From the NCBI GenBank assembly GCA_000442015.1, contig KE561209.1, positions 555,607-612,604 of the forward strand: a stretch of 56,998 nucleotides of DNA. The letters are read 5' to 3'. The notes below the pieces were generated by a model. That model was not told the DNA's origin, ran no database searches, and saw nothing but the letters and a program-made list of their open reading frames with translations. The position numbers were made by a program, and so were the translations under genes. Origin of the DNA: Rozella allomycis CSF55. Taxonomy: Eukaryota. Below, piece by piece: positions 1-12,316 of this stretch (within the stretch, counting starts at the first letter, position 1; every line of letters starts with the position of its first letter).

Positions 1-876
1 TTGTGTATTTGAGATTTACTGACGTTAACCGAAGGTATTTCTTTTCCAAATCTTGACTTGTGCCGACGATCGTGTAAATATCCCAATCAATGACTTCGTT
101 CATCTTTTTTAATTTGACTAGAGTATTCTACTTGTTCTTTAACAGGAGCTATTCTCGAATTCCGTATTCTCATTTCATCCAATCTTTCTTGTTCGTCTTT
201 CTGAAATCGTTTTGCCCTTTCCGCCTTTCTTTGTTCCTCTTCGTTTTGTTTTACACTAAAAGTTAAATTAAATGAATTATCTGAAAAACTCTATTAAAAG
301 GATTTTAGATTTACTTTTTCCTTTTCTTTAGCATGTCTTGCATGGAATTAGTTTTGTTTTCCACATTTTCTATTTGATTCTTTGCTTTATTTTTATTCTT
401 CTTTTTCTTTTTGCTTTCGTTTCGCTCTGGATATTGTCCAACATTTGGTATAGGAAAAATAGTCCAGTCCTTTAAATGTAATTCGCCGGATTTCGTTGCG
501 TCTCCAATAATTTTCTTTAATACTTTTTCCATTTCGTCTTTTTGTTGATTAACTTTGCAGGATTCGAAGCATCTTTCCACAAATAGTCTAAAATAAAATT
601 TGAAAGACCTCCTACTTTAAAGTGGGCGGAAATTTGGACCCAGCATTTGACTCTTTCGAAGCGCTTTTTCCACTATTTTTTTAAATATACACCGCATTAC
701 GGTTTTGTAGCTTCTGAGTATGATTTACCAGCGGGTGCAGATTTTGATGAAATCAGGCCATTATTATGCCCTGGAGTTGGTATCGGCGCAGGAATATTGT
801 AATTTGATGTTATTGTATTAGGCCTGACAGCTTTTGGAAGCGGTGGTGGTGCATAACTATACTGAAACGGTTTCAT
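1..876 (-). CDS. LENG8: LENG8/THP3 (SAC3/GANP family) protein, 5' part; runs off the window edge
   Basis: Spliced translation gives KFPPTL..LFVERCFESC...DWTIFPIP and IDWDIYTIVGTSQDLEKKYLRLTS, matching the Thp3/LENG8 motif IVGTxQxLEKxYLRLT. Confidence 0.85.
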
Positions 877-1159
877 CACTTTCAGTCGGAAATTTCAAGC
901 TATTTTACATAAATCTTTAAAAAAAGATGTCGCTTTTTTATTATATTTGAAACAATCTTATTTTATTTATAAATAGAACTTCATATTAATTTATACATTA
1001 ATATATGACCTATGATTGCACTGACTAAAGGTAACAAAGAAAATGCCGGCAAAATCTGACATAAAGATTAAAAACATTCATTAAAAGTCATATTTATTTA
1101 ATTATAGTGAAATCGCATCTTGCTTTAAACCGCAACCAATTTTTTGTGAAATTCTAAAA

Positions 1160-2226
1160 ATGCTTAGGGGTCAGGATGCGTTCTCTTTACTGAATTCCCT
1201 CAAAAAGCTCGAATATTTTTCACAGGACACTGATATATATAAAAATAATGTTCCGAATCTCCTTGAAGACGCCATCGTGAACAAAAAACCAGAGAGTCCT
1301 AGACTTGACAAAGATAGACATCTCTTTAATTTAGAACTAAAATATGAGTCTCTTTTAAATAGGAACGCGGAGCTAGAAAAATTGATTCAAATAATGAATG
1401 AATCTCAACAGCAAAAACAACAGGAATATGTTAAATTGCAAAGTGAATGCAAAATACTGAAATCAGAAAAGGAGAAATTAATTTCAAAGGAGGGACAAAC
1501 TGAAAATACCTTAAACCAACTAAAAGTAAGCAACATTCGATATTTCAAGCTAGGACGATTTAAAAAAAGCAAAACTTGAAATAGAACGCCATAAAGAAGA
1601 AAATTCAGATCTAAAGAAACTACTAATGTACTTTTAATTATTAATTATTTGTAGAAATGAAGAACTAGCACATGAAAAACTCAGAATACACTTGGAGGAG
1701 TTAGATTTATACAAAAAGAGATGTGAAGAACTCTTTAGAGAAAATTATGAATTAAAAATAAAGTTTGACAAACTTAATCGTTCCAGGTCTTCCAATGAAT
1801 ACGGAAAACACTTAAAGCTTCAACCTGAACCGACAACATTGGACCAGAGAGTAAAAAGCCAAACTGTTTCTACAAATGAAAATAAAGAAAATAATAATAT
1901 GGAAACAGAAAGTGATTCAAGCAAAAAGCAAGTAAAGGCAAAAACCTATGACTTGTCGGACATTCCATTGACTGAAATTAAGGAACAGCTAAAGGAGACA
2001 CAGTTAAAAATGCTTAAAGTAAATACTATCCTTTGTTAAAATCAAGTTAAACAATGAGTATTCTAAACTTCCATCATCCAATTCACCCATATCCGCAAAA
2101 ATGCGATATGGTTTCAAAGATATGCAAAAAAGGAAAAAGGAATTGGACGAAGAATTAGATGTGACAGAAAAAAGACTTCATAGATTGAAACTTGAAATAA
2201 AGCAGAGATCGGCTTGGCTTGAATAA
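1160..2226 (+). CDS. Coiled-coil protein with weak MPHOSPH9-like C-terminus
   Basis: ORFs 1160 and 1692 joined by short introns; heptad-rich; C-terminus EYSKLPSS...KKELDEELDVTEKRLHRLKLEIK. Confidence 0.5.
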
Positions 2227-2265
2227 ATTTTGTTGCTATTTACTGTTTTAGCTCTTGGTGATCAG

Positions 2266-3457
2266 ATGCACCAACATTTTCTAATTTTCTATAGGACTTT
2301 AGTAATACAAAACTAGCCGATTAACAGTTGCTCGTGTCGATTATTGTCTGTGTTGTTGGATTGGTTTTATTGTCACAAGCAACTTTTCTAGCTTTACAAT
2401 ACGTTGACAATTATGATAAAATATCTGACATGCAATCCGTACATGTTATTCTATATTAATTAAAAGTCGTGGAACTTATTTGGATATCAGAAAATGAAGT
2501 TTGGAATTGAAAAAGTACTGTGGAATGAACTTAAGATGAGACCTGTTGAAAATTCATTTCAATTTGGAAGAAATTTAAATTTTACACCACCATCAGATCA
2601 AATCCCAGGTTATTCAAACATAAAAGGAATGTTCTCTTTCATTTTAACTTTGCCCTTTTCTACCAACTTTATAAACTCGAATATCACTATAGTAGATAAT
2701 CTTGGATCGATTTCTATCATACCCTTAGGTACAAATAATAATCAATACCATAGATGAAACATTCCCGATTGTGACGAAAACATCCTATAGCATGAATAGA
2801 GACATAAAAAACGCAAGAAACGGTAACATATAAACAAACTATAATGATAGAATGTTTCAAAGACTACGGTGTATTTAATGCGTCAGAATCAAGATGTTAC
2901 AAGACGTTTTATGCACAGAATTTTTGTGTTCGAGTTACCGACACAAAGAAACTTTGGCAATTAACAGACCGACTACCATTATATATTGATCAAGAGTATT
3001 CAATTATTTAAATTAGTTTACAAAGTGATACTAATTATGTTGATTATATCAATGTCCCCAATGTTAACTACGGATGTTACTATACAAAGAAAATTGGTCC
3101 CGGTGATCCAAATTACATTCTTTCTATGGCGAACTATTCTATAGTCGCACAGAAAGAGCTCATTTTTGAAGTAAGGTATGAATCGGATCCCATAGTAATT
3201 GCCAATATCGCCAGTCAGGGGGACATGAAACTTTTGTTGAAACAAAGCATTGAAAAGGATGCATACAAGAGCACAGTAAATTTTAAAACAGGCTATATCA
3301 GGTTGCGATTGTTCTTTTTGGATTGGGCGTAGGTGGAACCTTTATGTCTTTGTTATTGATCTACATGTGGGGTCGTAAGCAACAAGTGAAAGGGCTGAAC
3401 AATCACTTATTGGTCAAAAACGGTTACCGAGGAACAGCTGGAAATGATTTTTTATAA
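2266..3457 (+). CDS. Hypothetical membrane protein with N- and C-terminal TM helices and a Cys-containing loop
   Basis: Spliced N-terminus LLVSIIVCVVGLVLLSQATFLAL; C-terminus VAIVLFGLGVGGTFMSLLLIYMW; several short introns. Confidence 0.55.
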
Positions 3458-3472
3458 ATACTTTTATTAGAT

Positions 3473-5127
3473 TTAAATTACAATTTCTTGCAAATAAGTA
3501 GATGGAACGTAACCCTTTTGAGTGCCGCCATTGGGTCGTAACTTTGAGGCCGTCCACCATCCTCCCTCATCTTTGCTGATAATATTGATAGTTTCTCCTG
3601 CTTTCAAAGATATTTCATTTAGCTCTGCTGACCCTTCAAAATCATCAGTCACAATAGCCCTAGAAATAAAATTATCTTCTTCATTAATGGGAGGGTCATC
3701 AATGGGTGTGTCATGGTTAGATAATGTCTCGGAGATATCATCACTAAAGCTAGCAATTATTGAAACCTTTTCAACTAATTAATAGTCTTGGGAAATTACT
3801 TACCTGTAATAGATCCTCTTCCACTATTGCTTCTGACTGGCTTCGTCGTATTCACATCATTCAAAAAATCCAAGATTCCATTTTTTCTTCTAATCAATTC
3901 CTTTTTCTTATTTTCCAAATCTTGCAATTCTGATTCAGTTTCGTGTTTCGTCTGGCGATCTGAAAAGGTTGGCTGTAAAGAATATGCACTCAATAACTTT
4001 TTAACTCCTTCAATTTTTTTCAGAATCATCCTTGTCTCTTCCTCTATTTGATGGATTCGTTTAGTGGCTCTCTTGCTTCGTTTTTCCTCTGGTGAATTAT
4101 AGATATCCTCATCATTTAAAGGAATTTGTGGAATTGTATTAATCAAGACACTATTGGCATTCCGAGTCTTTTCCTTTCTCCGGATTACAGTGGCTTGTAG
4201 AACAGGCGGAACATTAGACGTACTGATATCTGGAATTTTGCTTGAAGGGTTTGATTTATTAGCATTAACAAAATGGTTTATTTGGGATCTATTATCAAGA
4301 TTGGATATCTGGGAATTCAAAGATTCCAAGACTTCTTTGTCTCGATTAGCATTAGTCTGAAGCCTCGCCAAAAAGCCTTTAAAAATTCTCATAAACTCAG
4401 ATAGTCTTTCTTCTTCCATTTTTTGAAGCTCTCTGAGCGAATTAGGTAAAGTTTCATGGTAGTATTGTTTTTCAGTTAACGACATCTTTTCAAATGAAGT
4501 TTCCAAATCTTCTAGTGCTTCATGCGCATGAACTGTCTTTAAATTCAATGCCTTTTTAAGCTGACTAACTTGTGCTTTTGTAGCATTCAAATCACCGTCT
4601 GCTTTTTCATAAGCGATCTTAGCCTCTTCGGCTATTCTGCAGGTACTATCTTGAATTCTTTTATGTCTTTCATAAGCCTCGTATTCATATCTGAGCTCTT
4701 CATAATTGGTCTTGTATTCAGAAAACCACTACTCAAACTTTGAATTGTAAAACAATACCTTTTTCATATCTTTGTCAGTAGATTTAATAAAGGATTTTAA
4801 AGTTGTGCAAACGTCATGGTCCAATAAAGAGGTCATTTCAGTAACAAATTTTGATTTTTCTTCACAATCGTCTAGAAACTTCATCCAAATCTTCATGGTT
4901 GGCGAGAACTCCTTAATATCAATACCTTTTTTCTTTTTTAAAATCATATTTGAAAAGTTCTTATTTAATTTCATAATACTTTTCGAGTATTCGTTCTCGA
5001 CTGCAATTCTCTTTTTGGAGTAGTCTGCCATTTGATTCATCATCTCAATCGAATCAGTAAAGTACTTTTCTATCACATACGCCTTATCACACAAAGTATT
5101 GAATTCCTCATTTTCTTCCTTAGTCAT
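3473..5127 (-). CDS. F-BAR + HR1 + SH3 protein (CIP4/FBP17/Toca family)
   Basis: FCH motif KKRIAVENEYSKSIMKL; HR1-like IEGVKKLLSAYSLQPTFSD; SH3 NEISLKAGETINIISKDEGGWW...GYVPSTYL; two short introns. Confidence 0.85.
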
Positions 5128-5230
5128 ATAATTTAATTAGTGGCTAGGCCATGAGCGCCATGCAAAATAGTGTTTATTGTTTACATTTTAATTTAATAAA
5201 TAAAGTACGTAGCTTTAAACTTTTATTGTT

Positions 5231-5745
5231 TTATTTATCTATTCTTTCGCAATAAGCCCTGGGAAATTCTCCCGCATTTCCCGTTCGTTTGTTCAAGCCA
5301 TATAGATACCATGAGCCATCAGGATCGTTATCTATTTTTTCCTGGAGTACTGAAATAATATCACCTTCTAAAAAAGGTGATTTCATCACCGTTATGTTTA
5401 TCATACGAATACAATGCACGGACTTCAAAGTCGGAATTTTTTGTGCGGTAGTTTTCTCCTTTCCACCACAACTCAGTATCCACAATCACGTTAACGAGAA
5501 AATCACTCTCTTCGAGATCTTTCATCAGCGTCATTAGCCGAATATTTAAATAATTAAATAAAACTTTACATTTTTTAGTTGTATCAAGTATTCCACTTTT
5601 AGTGTTTGCGTTTGGATTTTTCAAGTGCAGAGTAAATAATTGAATCGCAAAGTTGGCTGGAAAGTCTGAGTCTCCAATTCGACCCGATCGTCCATCCCAC
5701 CATTCTTCATCTTGTGCCGATCTAAACTTGATTATATCTCTGCTT
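5231..5745 (-). pseudogene. Decayed tandem-SH3 gene fragment (three SH3 remnants)
   Basis: DEEWWDGR...FPANF; CKVLFNY...ELWWKG (truncated); VRALYSYD..DEITF then a frameshift in a T run near 5370 to EGDIISV...GSWY...GEFPRAYC; no clear start. Confidence 0.6.
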
Positions 5746-5966
5746 TCAGCGGTGATTCAGAATCATGTAATACATGATACATCGTAGTCATACATGATAC
5801 AAATCATATTTCTCGACATTATTTAATTCTACATGAATCTCACCAACATCTGAGTGTAATTGTTCCTTTTCGTGTTATTCTTTAAAGCCTTTCCCAGACT
5901 CCCAGTATGCATTTCTAGTCTTGTTTACCAAAATCTAAAAATGGTTGGTAACCCTGGTTATTTTTC

Positions 5967-8249
5967 ATGGAGATGGAGCATGATGAATCGGATCTATTTT
6001 CTGAGGAAGCACAGGCAGACCTTCTTTACTTTGTTGAACAATTTCATAAACAAGCGCTAACAAGAATGAAGGTTTTCGTTGACAAGAATAGAGGAAATAA
6101 ATGGACAGATATTAAGTCTGACTTAAAAAGAGACTTTCCTAGGATCTTTAATGAATTTCAAATATACATGAAAATATATAGTGCTATAAGAAAAAAGTTT
6201 GGTAGTGCTGCGCTTTCTTGTTTGGAGTTTTTTCCTTTTTCTCCTTGCAGCGAGTGGGATGAAAAAACAGTTAAGGATATTAAGAATCTAATGATATCAA
6301 AGCTTTCAGTTTCAAAAGAACGTGTGGATGATTTTTTTATAGCTCTTCTAGGAGAAAAGATTCACAAAAGGAACAAGAAAAAAACGTTCAGAATTCTACG
6401 ATTTTCAGATAAAGAGATAATGCTGGTGTCTCATAACATATGCGACACAGTTTGTTCATTGCGTAAATGGATTACTCTGAGTTTGCCTGATATAAGGGTT
6501 GACAAAATTTTCGGGGTTGGGGGGAGTGGAGAATTCAAAGAGCTGAATGATGAAAATATCACCCATTTTCAAAAGTATTTTGTTGGCTTGGAAGGATTTG
6601 AGGAGCAGAGTGTCAGTCCAGCCGATCAAACTAATTCCGTGAATCTATTTATCGATGATGAAGAAATAAATTACACACCTAGATTTCATGGGGAAGGGGG
6701 GACAACATTTCCTCTAAAGACTATGTCCTCATTACGCCATGAGGGTGTTGGCTTACAAGAGCCATGGATAACAAAGAGAAGAGAAACATGTGAAGAGATT
6801 TACAATAAGATGAAGCATACTTTTGCTCTTTTAATAAGATCACCGCCTGGATCAGGAAAGTCATCTTTGGCAGTTTTACTGGAGGATTATTATCTGCAGA
6901 AGAATGTTCGAGTGATTCGGATATCGATGCTGTGGTCTATGCGAAGAAAATATATTAAGCCATATAATTTTGAGGAACTTTTCTTTAATGCAATTGGTAT
7001 AACATTTCAAGAATGGATTGAAGAGTGTGAAACAGTTGAATCGGTACTAATATTGGATGAAGTGAATACAATTTATGGTGAAGATAATGCAAATTTTTGG
7101 GGTACTTTGAAGTCTTCGAAACAGGACCGTTTAAAGTTAAAGGTTGTGCTCTTCTCAGCCTACGGCTATAAAGATGGCAGAAGTAATACTGCGACACCTA
7201 TTGACTTTGTTAAAGGAGATACTCTCAGTCTAAGTACTCTATTATTGAAACAAGTAGAAACTGATGAATATGTCAATAACTTTATCAATTACAATGGAAT
7301 TAAAGTACGACAATTGGAGTTGATTTGCAATGAAATTCAAATACGCACAAATGGACATGTTTTGTTGATCACTTTTTTATTGGAAAGTCTTAATGAAGAA
7401 TTCAGAAACAATATTAGCGCGAATCCAGGCTATCATTTAAACCTCGATGTATTTATTGGACTCTTAATTAAAAAGAAAGCAATATCAGCAATCAGTAATT
7501 CCAGAGCTTGTCTTAATTATCATAAAATAAATGATAATTTGGTTCCAACAATCAAGTTGATGTGCTATGGAGCAAAGATAGAATATGAGAACAGTGTTGT
7601 ACATTCAATGATTTTGAATCAAGGTTTGGCTATGATATCTGGAGATTACCTTGAATTCGTATGTCCCATTATGCAAAGATTGGTTTTCCGAAGTGTATTT
7701 GGCGATTCTTCTGAATCATTGTACAAACCATCAAACATACAAGAACTTATAGTTTGCTGTGTTAAGAGCTTTAACAAACGTAACTTGATAACTAATAGAG
7801 GATTTGATACAAAAAATAGACTAATGGAATCCTGTTGGCAAAACGAGCTTTATTGTGCTCTTATCAGAATATATGGTCCTAATGCCACAATATCACCTGA
7901 TGTTGGCACCCAGTTCAAAACTGATAGCTCAACAAACGGATATATTGATTTTGTTGTCGAATACAATAGATCTACTTGGGGTATTGAACTATGTCGTGAA
8001 GGTTCGACATCAACTTTATCTGAACATTTGAACAGATTTGATCCTGATACCGGTAAATATAGAAATATGGTTAATATTCTTTTGGATGACTACGTCGTGG
8101 TTCACTTTTGTTCTCAAGATGCATATTCTATAATACCTTCTCAATGGCATAATCCCCGCATAATGTTTATAAGATACAGTCCTGACTTTTCTTCTTTCAC
8201 TGTTTATTGCAATGGGAGTCAACTTGTTGTGAATCTTGATAATGTGTGA
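5967..8249 (+). CDS. Crinkler-like effector: header domain + P-loop NTPase + PD-(D/E)xK restriction-endonuclease-like domain
   Basis: Intronless 760 aa; Walker A SPPGSGKS; Walker B LILDEVN; C-terminal ESCWQNELY...GYIDFVV...WGIELCREG...EHLNRF..GKY typical of CR-NTPase/CR-REase proteins. Confidence 0.8.
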   Translation: MEMEHDESDLFSEEAQADLLYFVEQFHKQALTRMKVFVDKNRGNKWTDIKSDLKRDFPRIFNEFQIYMKIYSAIRKKFGSAALSCLEFFPFSPCSEWDEKTVKDIKNLMISKLSVSKERVDDFFIALLGEKIHKRNKKKTFRILRFSDKEIMLVSHNICDTVCSLRKWITLSLPDIRVDKIFGVGGSGEFKELNDENITHFQKYFVGLEGFEEQSVSPADQTNSVNLFIDDEEINYTPRFHGEGGTTFPLKTMSSLRHEGVGLQEPWITKRRETCEEIYNKMKHTFALLIRSPPGSGKSSLAVLLEDYYLQKNVRVIRISMLWSMRRKYIKPYNFEELFFNAIGITFQEWIEECETVESVLILDEVNTIYGEDNANFWGTLKSSKQDRLKLKVVLFSAYGYKDGRSNTATPIDFVKGDTLSLSTLLLKQVETDEYVNNFINYNGIKVRQLELICNEIQIRTNGHVLLITFLLESLNEEFRNNISANPGYHLNLDVFIGLLIKKKAISAISNSRACLNYHKINDNLVPTIKLMCYGAKIEYENSVVHSMILNQGLAMISGDYLEFVCPIMQRLVFRSVFGDSSESLYKPSNIQELIVCCVKSFNKRNLITNRGFDTKNRLMESCWQNELYCALIRIYGPNATISPDVGTQFKTDSSTNGYIDFVVEYNRSTWGIELCREGSTSTLSEHLNRFDPDTGKYRNMVNILLDDYVVVHFCSQDAYSIIPSQWHNPRIMFIRYSPDFSSFTVYCNGSQLVVNLDNV

Positions 8250-8556
8250 TAAATAAAATTGCAAGTTGATTTGACTTTCATTTTTAAATATATTTTGATT
8301 CCTCGATTGCAAACTTTCTTTTTTCCAGTCGGGTGATGGTGAGAATGGTTTAACATTTCATGATTGTTTAGTTGGTAACAGTAGTCTTTGTTGAAGTACA
8401 CGGAACGTATTTTAAAGTGTTCACGTCATCAAATTAGCAATATATTTAAGTTGGATAATATGCAGTTCAGATATCAAGGCAAAGCAAATTAATATTAAAT
8501 GATATGACTTTATTTAATATCGTAAAGATTTCAAAGTAAGGTCATCATCTTCCTTA

Positions 8557-9090
8557 TCAATTTGAAAACATGATAGTGGCTTGTCGATTAGGCGGAACAT
8601 TAGACGCACTGATATCTGGAATGTTGCTTGAACTGTTTGATTTATTAGAACTAGCAGAATGATTTATTTGGGATCTATTATCAGGATTGGATATCTGGGA
8701 ATTCAAAGATTCCAAGACCTCTTTGTTAGACTGAAGCCTAGCCATTGCCACAAAGCCTTTGAAAATTCTCATTAACTGAGATAGTCTTTCTTCTTCCATT
8801 TTTTGAATAAAGTTTCATGGTTACCTTTTTTTCCTTTTTAAAATCATATTTGAAAAGTTCTTATTTAGTTTCATAATACTTTTCGAGTATTCGTTCTCGA
8901 CTGCAATTCTCTTTTTGGAGTAGTCTGCCATTTGATTCATCATCTCAATCGAATCAGTAAAGTACTTTTCTATCACATACGCCTTATCACACAAAGTATT
9001 GAATTCCTCATTTTCTTCCTTAGTCAATAGTCACATAATCTAATTAGTGGCTAGGCAATGAGCGGCATGTAATATGATGTCTATTGTTTT
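8557..9090 (-). pseudogene. Internally deleted duplicate of the 5' part and upstream region of the F-BAR gene
   Basis: 8822-9090 matches about 4923-5180; 8575-8820 matches about 4188-4460; about 460 bp plus smaller segments deleted; start ATG lost (TTG). Confidence 0.9.
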
Positions 9091-9224
9091 TTTAATTATG
9101 AAAAAAATTATTAATAGATAACAAATGTAAAGCCAGAGTAATATTTCTAAGTTGGTTCAGGGGCTCTTGAAACAATCATAAAGCCAAGAAATGTTGTTGA
9201 AATGAAATTCCTGATTTTTCAGAA

Positions 9225-12200
9225 ATGGATATTTTGAGACAAGAGTTGAGAACTTTGAATAAAACTTTGAGCTATCCAGGTAATAACTTATTTATTGAAA
9301 CAATAAAGGTAAATTTGAAATTAAACAAGGAATAGAACAATCAGTTATTGACAAGTTGGATGCTAGTTTAAAAAGAAATACAGGCTTTATCAAGAAATGC
9401 AAATCTATCCAAGAGGACAATCGGTACTGTAAATATTTTTGTTGGAATAGACTTTTGCTTGTCCAGGAATTCCAGCAGTTGAAATTGTCAAAGTATCTTT
9501 CTGAAGTGTCGAGTGCGATATTTGAAAATAAGTTTAAGAATTCCCAGGATGTGTTGGCTGCTGCGCATATTATAACGTTGATGCATCAACGCTATAAAGA
9601 GTTTTATGCGATGATTAGAGAAGGGTTTTTGAAAGTTTTTTCGTCATTTGGAGATTCGACAATGATAGTCAAGCAACGATCATTTTTAAGGTTATTTGCA
9701 GAGTTGGTTATTATTGGGACTGAGAAGAATACAAAATCGTTGTTGCAGCTGTTGAAGAAAATGGTATGTGTGAATGAAAGGTGTGATTTAGACGACAAAT
9801 GATGAAAAGGAGTTTCTTTATTTGACTACGATTGTTACGTTTGTGAAGCATTATGGGAATGAAGTGTTGCCATGTGTTGAAAAGATCGAGTCTTGTTTGT
9901 CTGATGAAACTAGAGCTGAAATATTTAATTGTGTGAATCAATATTTTGATAAAGTTTGTGCGTGTCTTGTTTCATCCCAAAAAGTATAAAAACATAATAT
10001 TCATCATCAAGGCGTTATTTAAGATGGAACGCTACAATAACGATTTCATTCATACTAAAGGAGAGTTGACAGAAAAGATGAAAGCAAATCATGAAGAATT
10101 GGTTAAAAAAGTTGATAAATTGCAAACTAATGGTCAAATGTAAATTTAATGATTTATTTTAAATGTTCAGATTAGCTGAAGGATTGAAAAGGGAATTGCC
10201 AGTTGTAAAGGAAGCTGAAGAGCAATCTAAAGTGGTTCCAATTATTTCTGAAAACCAGCCATTAAAGGAACAAAAAGAAGATTTAGATTCAATCTTTGAA
10301 GATGAAGATGCCAGAATATTTTATGAAAAACTTTTAGATTTAAAATTGGCAGTCCCTTCATCACTTCTTGGACAATCTGAAGAAGAAATAAATTCTGATG
10401 AAATGAAGCCTGAAACAACTTCAATAGATGAATTTATAGAAAAATTGCCTAGTCTTGTTAATAGAGATTTAATAGATCAAGCTGCTGTAAACTTTTGTTA
10501 TTTAAATTCAAAATCTAATAGATCTAAACTTGTCAAAGTATTTTTATTAATTTCTTTTGTTAGGCTATTATTAATGTACCGAGAACTCGGTTAGATCTAC
10601 TTCCATATTATTCTAGATTGATAGCCACTTTAAATCCATATTTTCCTGAAATTGGACAAGAAATTATTACATATTTAGATGATACAAGCCGTGGAATAAT
10701 GAGAAAGAATCATCCAAACATTTTAGAGACTAAGATAAAGGTAAATAGATTAACTCTATTAGATGAGATTGTGAGATTTCAGGGTGAATTGATAAAGTTT
10801 AAAATATTGCCAACTTATGCAGCGTTTAATGATTTGAAATATTTGTTGGATGATTTTGTTGGAATCAATGTTGACGTTGTAGCAAACTTGATTGAAGTTT
10901 GTGGTCGTTATTTATGCTTAAAGCAAGAAACAAGCGAAAAGTTTAATTCTTTATTGGATATTATGATGAAAAAGAAACAAAGTGGGCATTTTGATAATAG
11001 ACAAACAATGCTAATTGATAATTCATTTTTTCTTTGTCATCCACCTGAAAGAAATGTTTATAAATTAAAGGAAAAAGATCCTTTGCAATTATATCTGTTT
11101 AAACTTTTCTATCACGACTTGAGTGAGTCTACAGCTTCATCCGTTTTAAAGAAATTGTTAATGTTCCCTCCAGAGTATTACAATCAAATCAAAAAGAAAT
11201 TTCTAAAGATTTGGAAGTTTAAATATTCCAACATTGAAGCTTTGGCATCTCTAGCAGCTGGATTCGCTCAACATTACACTGACTTTGGTGTTTGGCTCAT
11301 TGATGCTTTATTTGAACAAATAATAATGGATTTAGAATCAAATAATTTTAAAAATAATCAAAAAAGAGTCGCTTGTATGAAATATTTGGGTGAACTTTAC
11401 AACTATCAACTAATTGATGCTGAAGTCATTCTAACGTGTTTAAACTTTGTTATTTGCTTTGGTCATCAAAATGGACTTCCCGTAAAAGATAGTTTATGCC
11501 AATTTGATTCTCCAAATGACCTTTTCAGAATTAGATTGTGTTGTACCCTGCTACAAACTTGTGGTATCTATTTAGAAGGCCCTGGCATAAGAAAAAAGTT
11601 GGATTCATTTTTAATATTTCTTCAATATTATTGTTTCACCAAATCTCAAATTTCAATGGACGTTGAATTTTTACTTCAAGATGTTTTACAAGAAATAAGA
11701 CCAAATTCCAAATTAATCTCTTCACATGAGGAAGCAATCCAAGCTTTAATTTCTTTACAAAGTTCAAACAACAATTCGCCAAGACAATCAATCGCTTTTC
11801 AAAAATCTGAGCCGTCACCTTCCAATCCACTCAAGCACAAAAAAGAGGATGAATCCGAAGAAGAAAACGAAGAAGACTTTGAAAAAATGTTTTCTCAAAT
11901 GATGAACGACTCGTCTGATAAAAGAGACCGCAAAAGCCAATTCGATGCACCCGTTCCAAGAGTTAAAGCGTCAAAAGATTCGTCAAATGGCAATCTTTCC
12001 TTTTCTCTAATGACAAAAAAGGGAACCAGACAGCAAGTATGATTGATTTTTCATGTTTATTTAGACTAGGAAAATTCTCGTTCCAATGGACTCGAGTCTG
12101 GCTAAAGAGGCGATCAAACATCAGGAAAAGGAAAGAAAGGAACAAATGGAAATGAAAAAACTTGTTTTGAATTCTCAACAGCATGATGATTCTAATAATG

Positions 12201-12253
12201 ATAGTGGGAAAACTTTATTTGCTAATTTAAACAAGAGCAATATTTACGAATAA
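9225..12253 (+). CDS. UPF2: Nonsense-mediated decay protein UPF2/NMD2
   Basis: LDASLKRNTGFIKK, NRDLIDQAAVNFCYLNSK, MKYLGELYNY, DLFRIRLCCTLLQTCG, FSLMTKKGTRQQ; several introns of about 28 nt. Confidence 0.95.
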
Positions 12254-12316
12254 AATATTTAATTTATATCAATCTAATTTATAATTCTTACATTGTATTT
12301 TTTTCTAGAGATTTGA

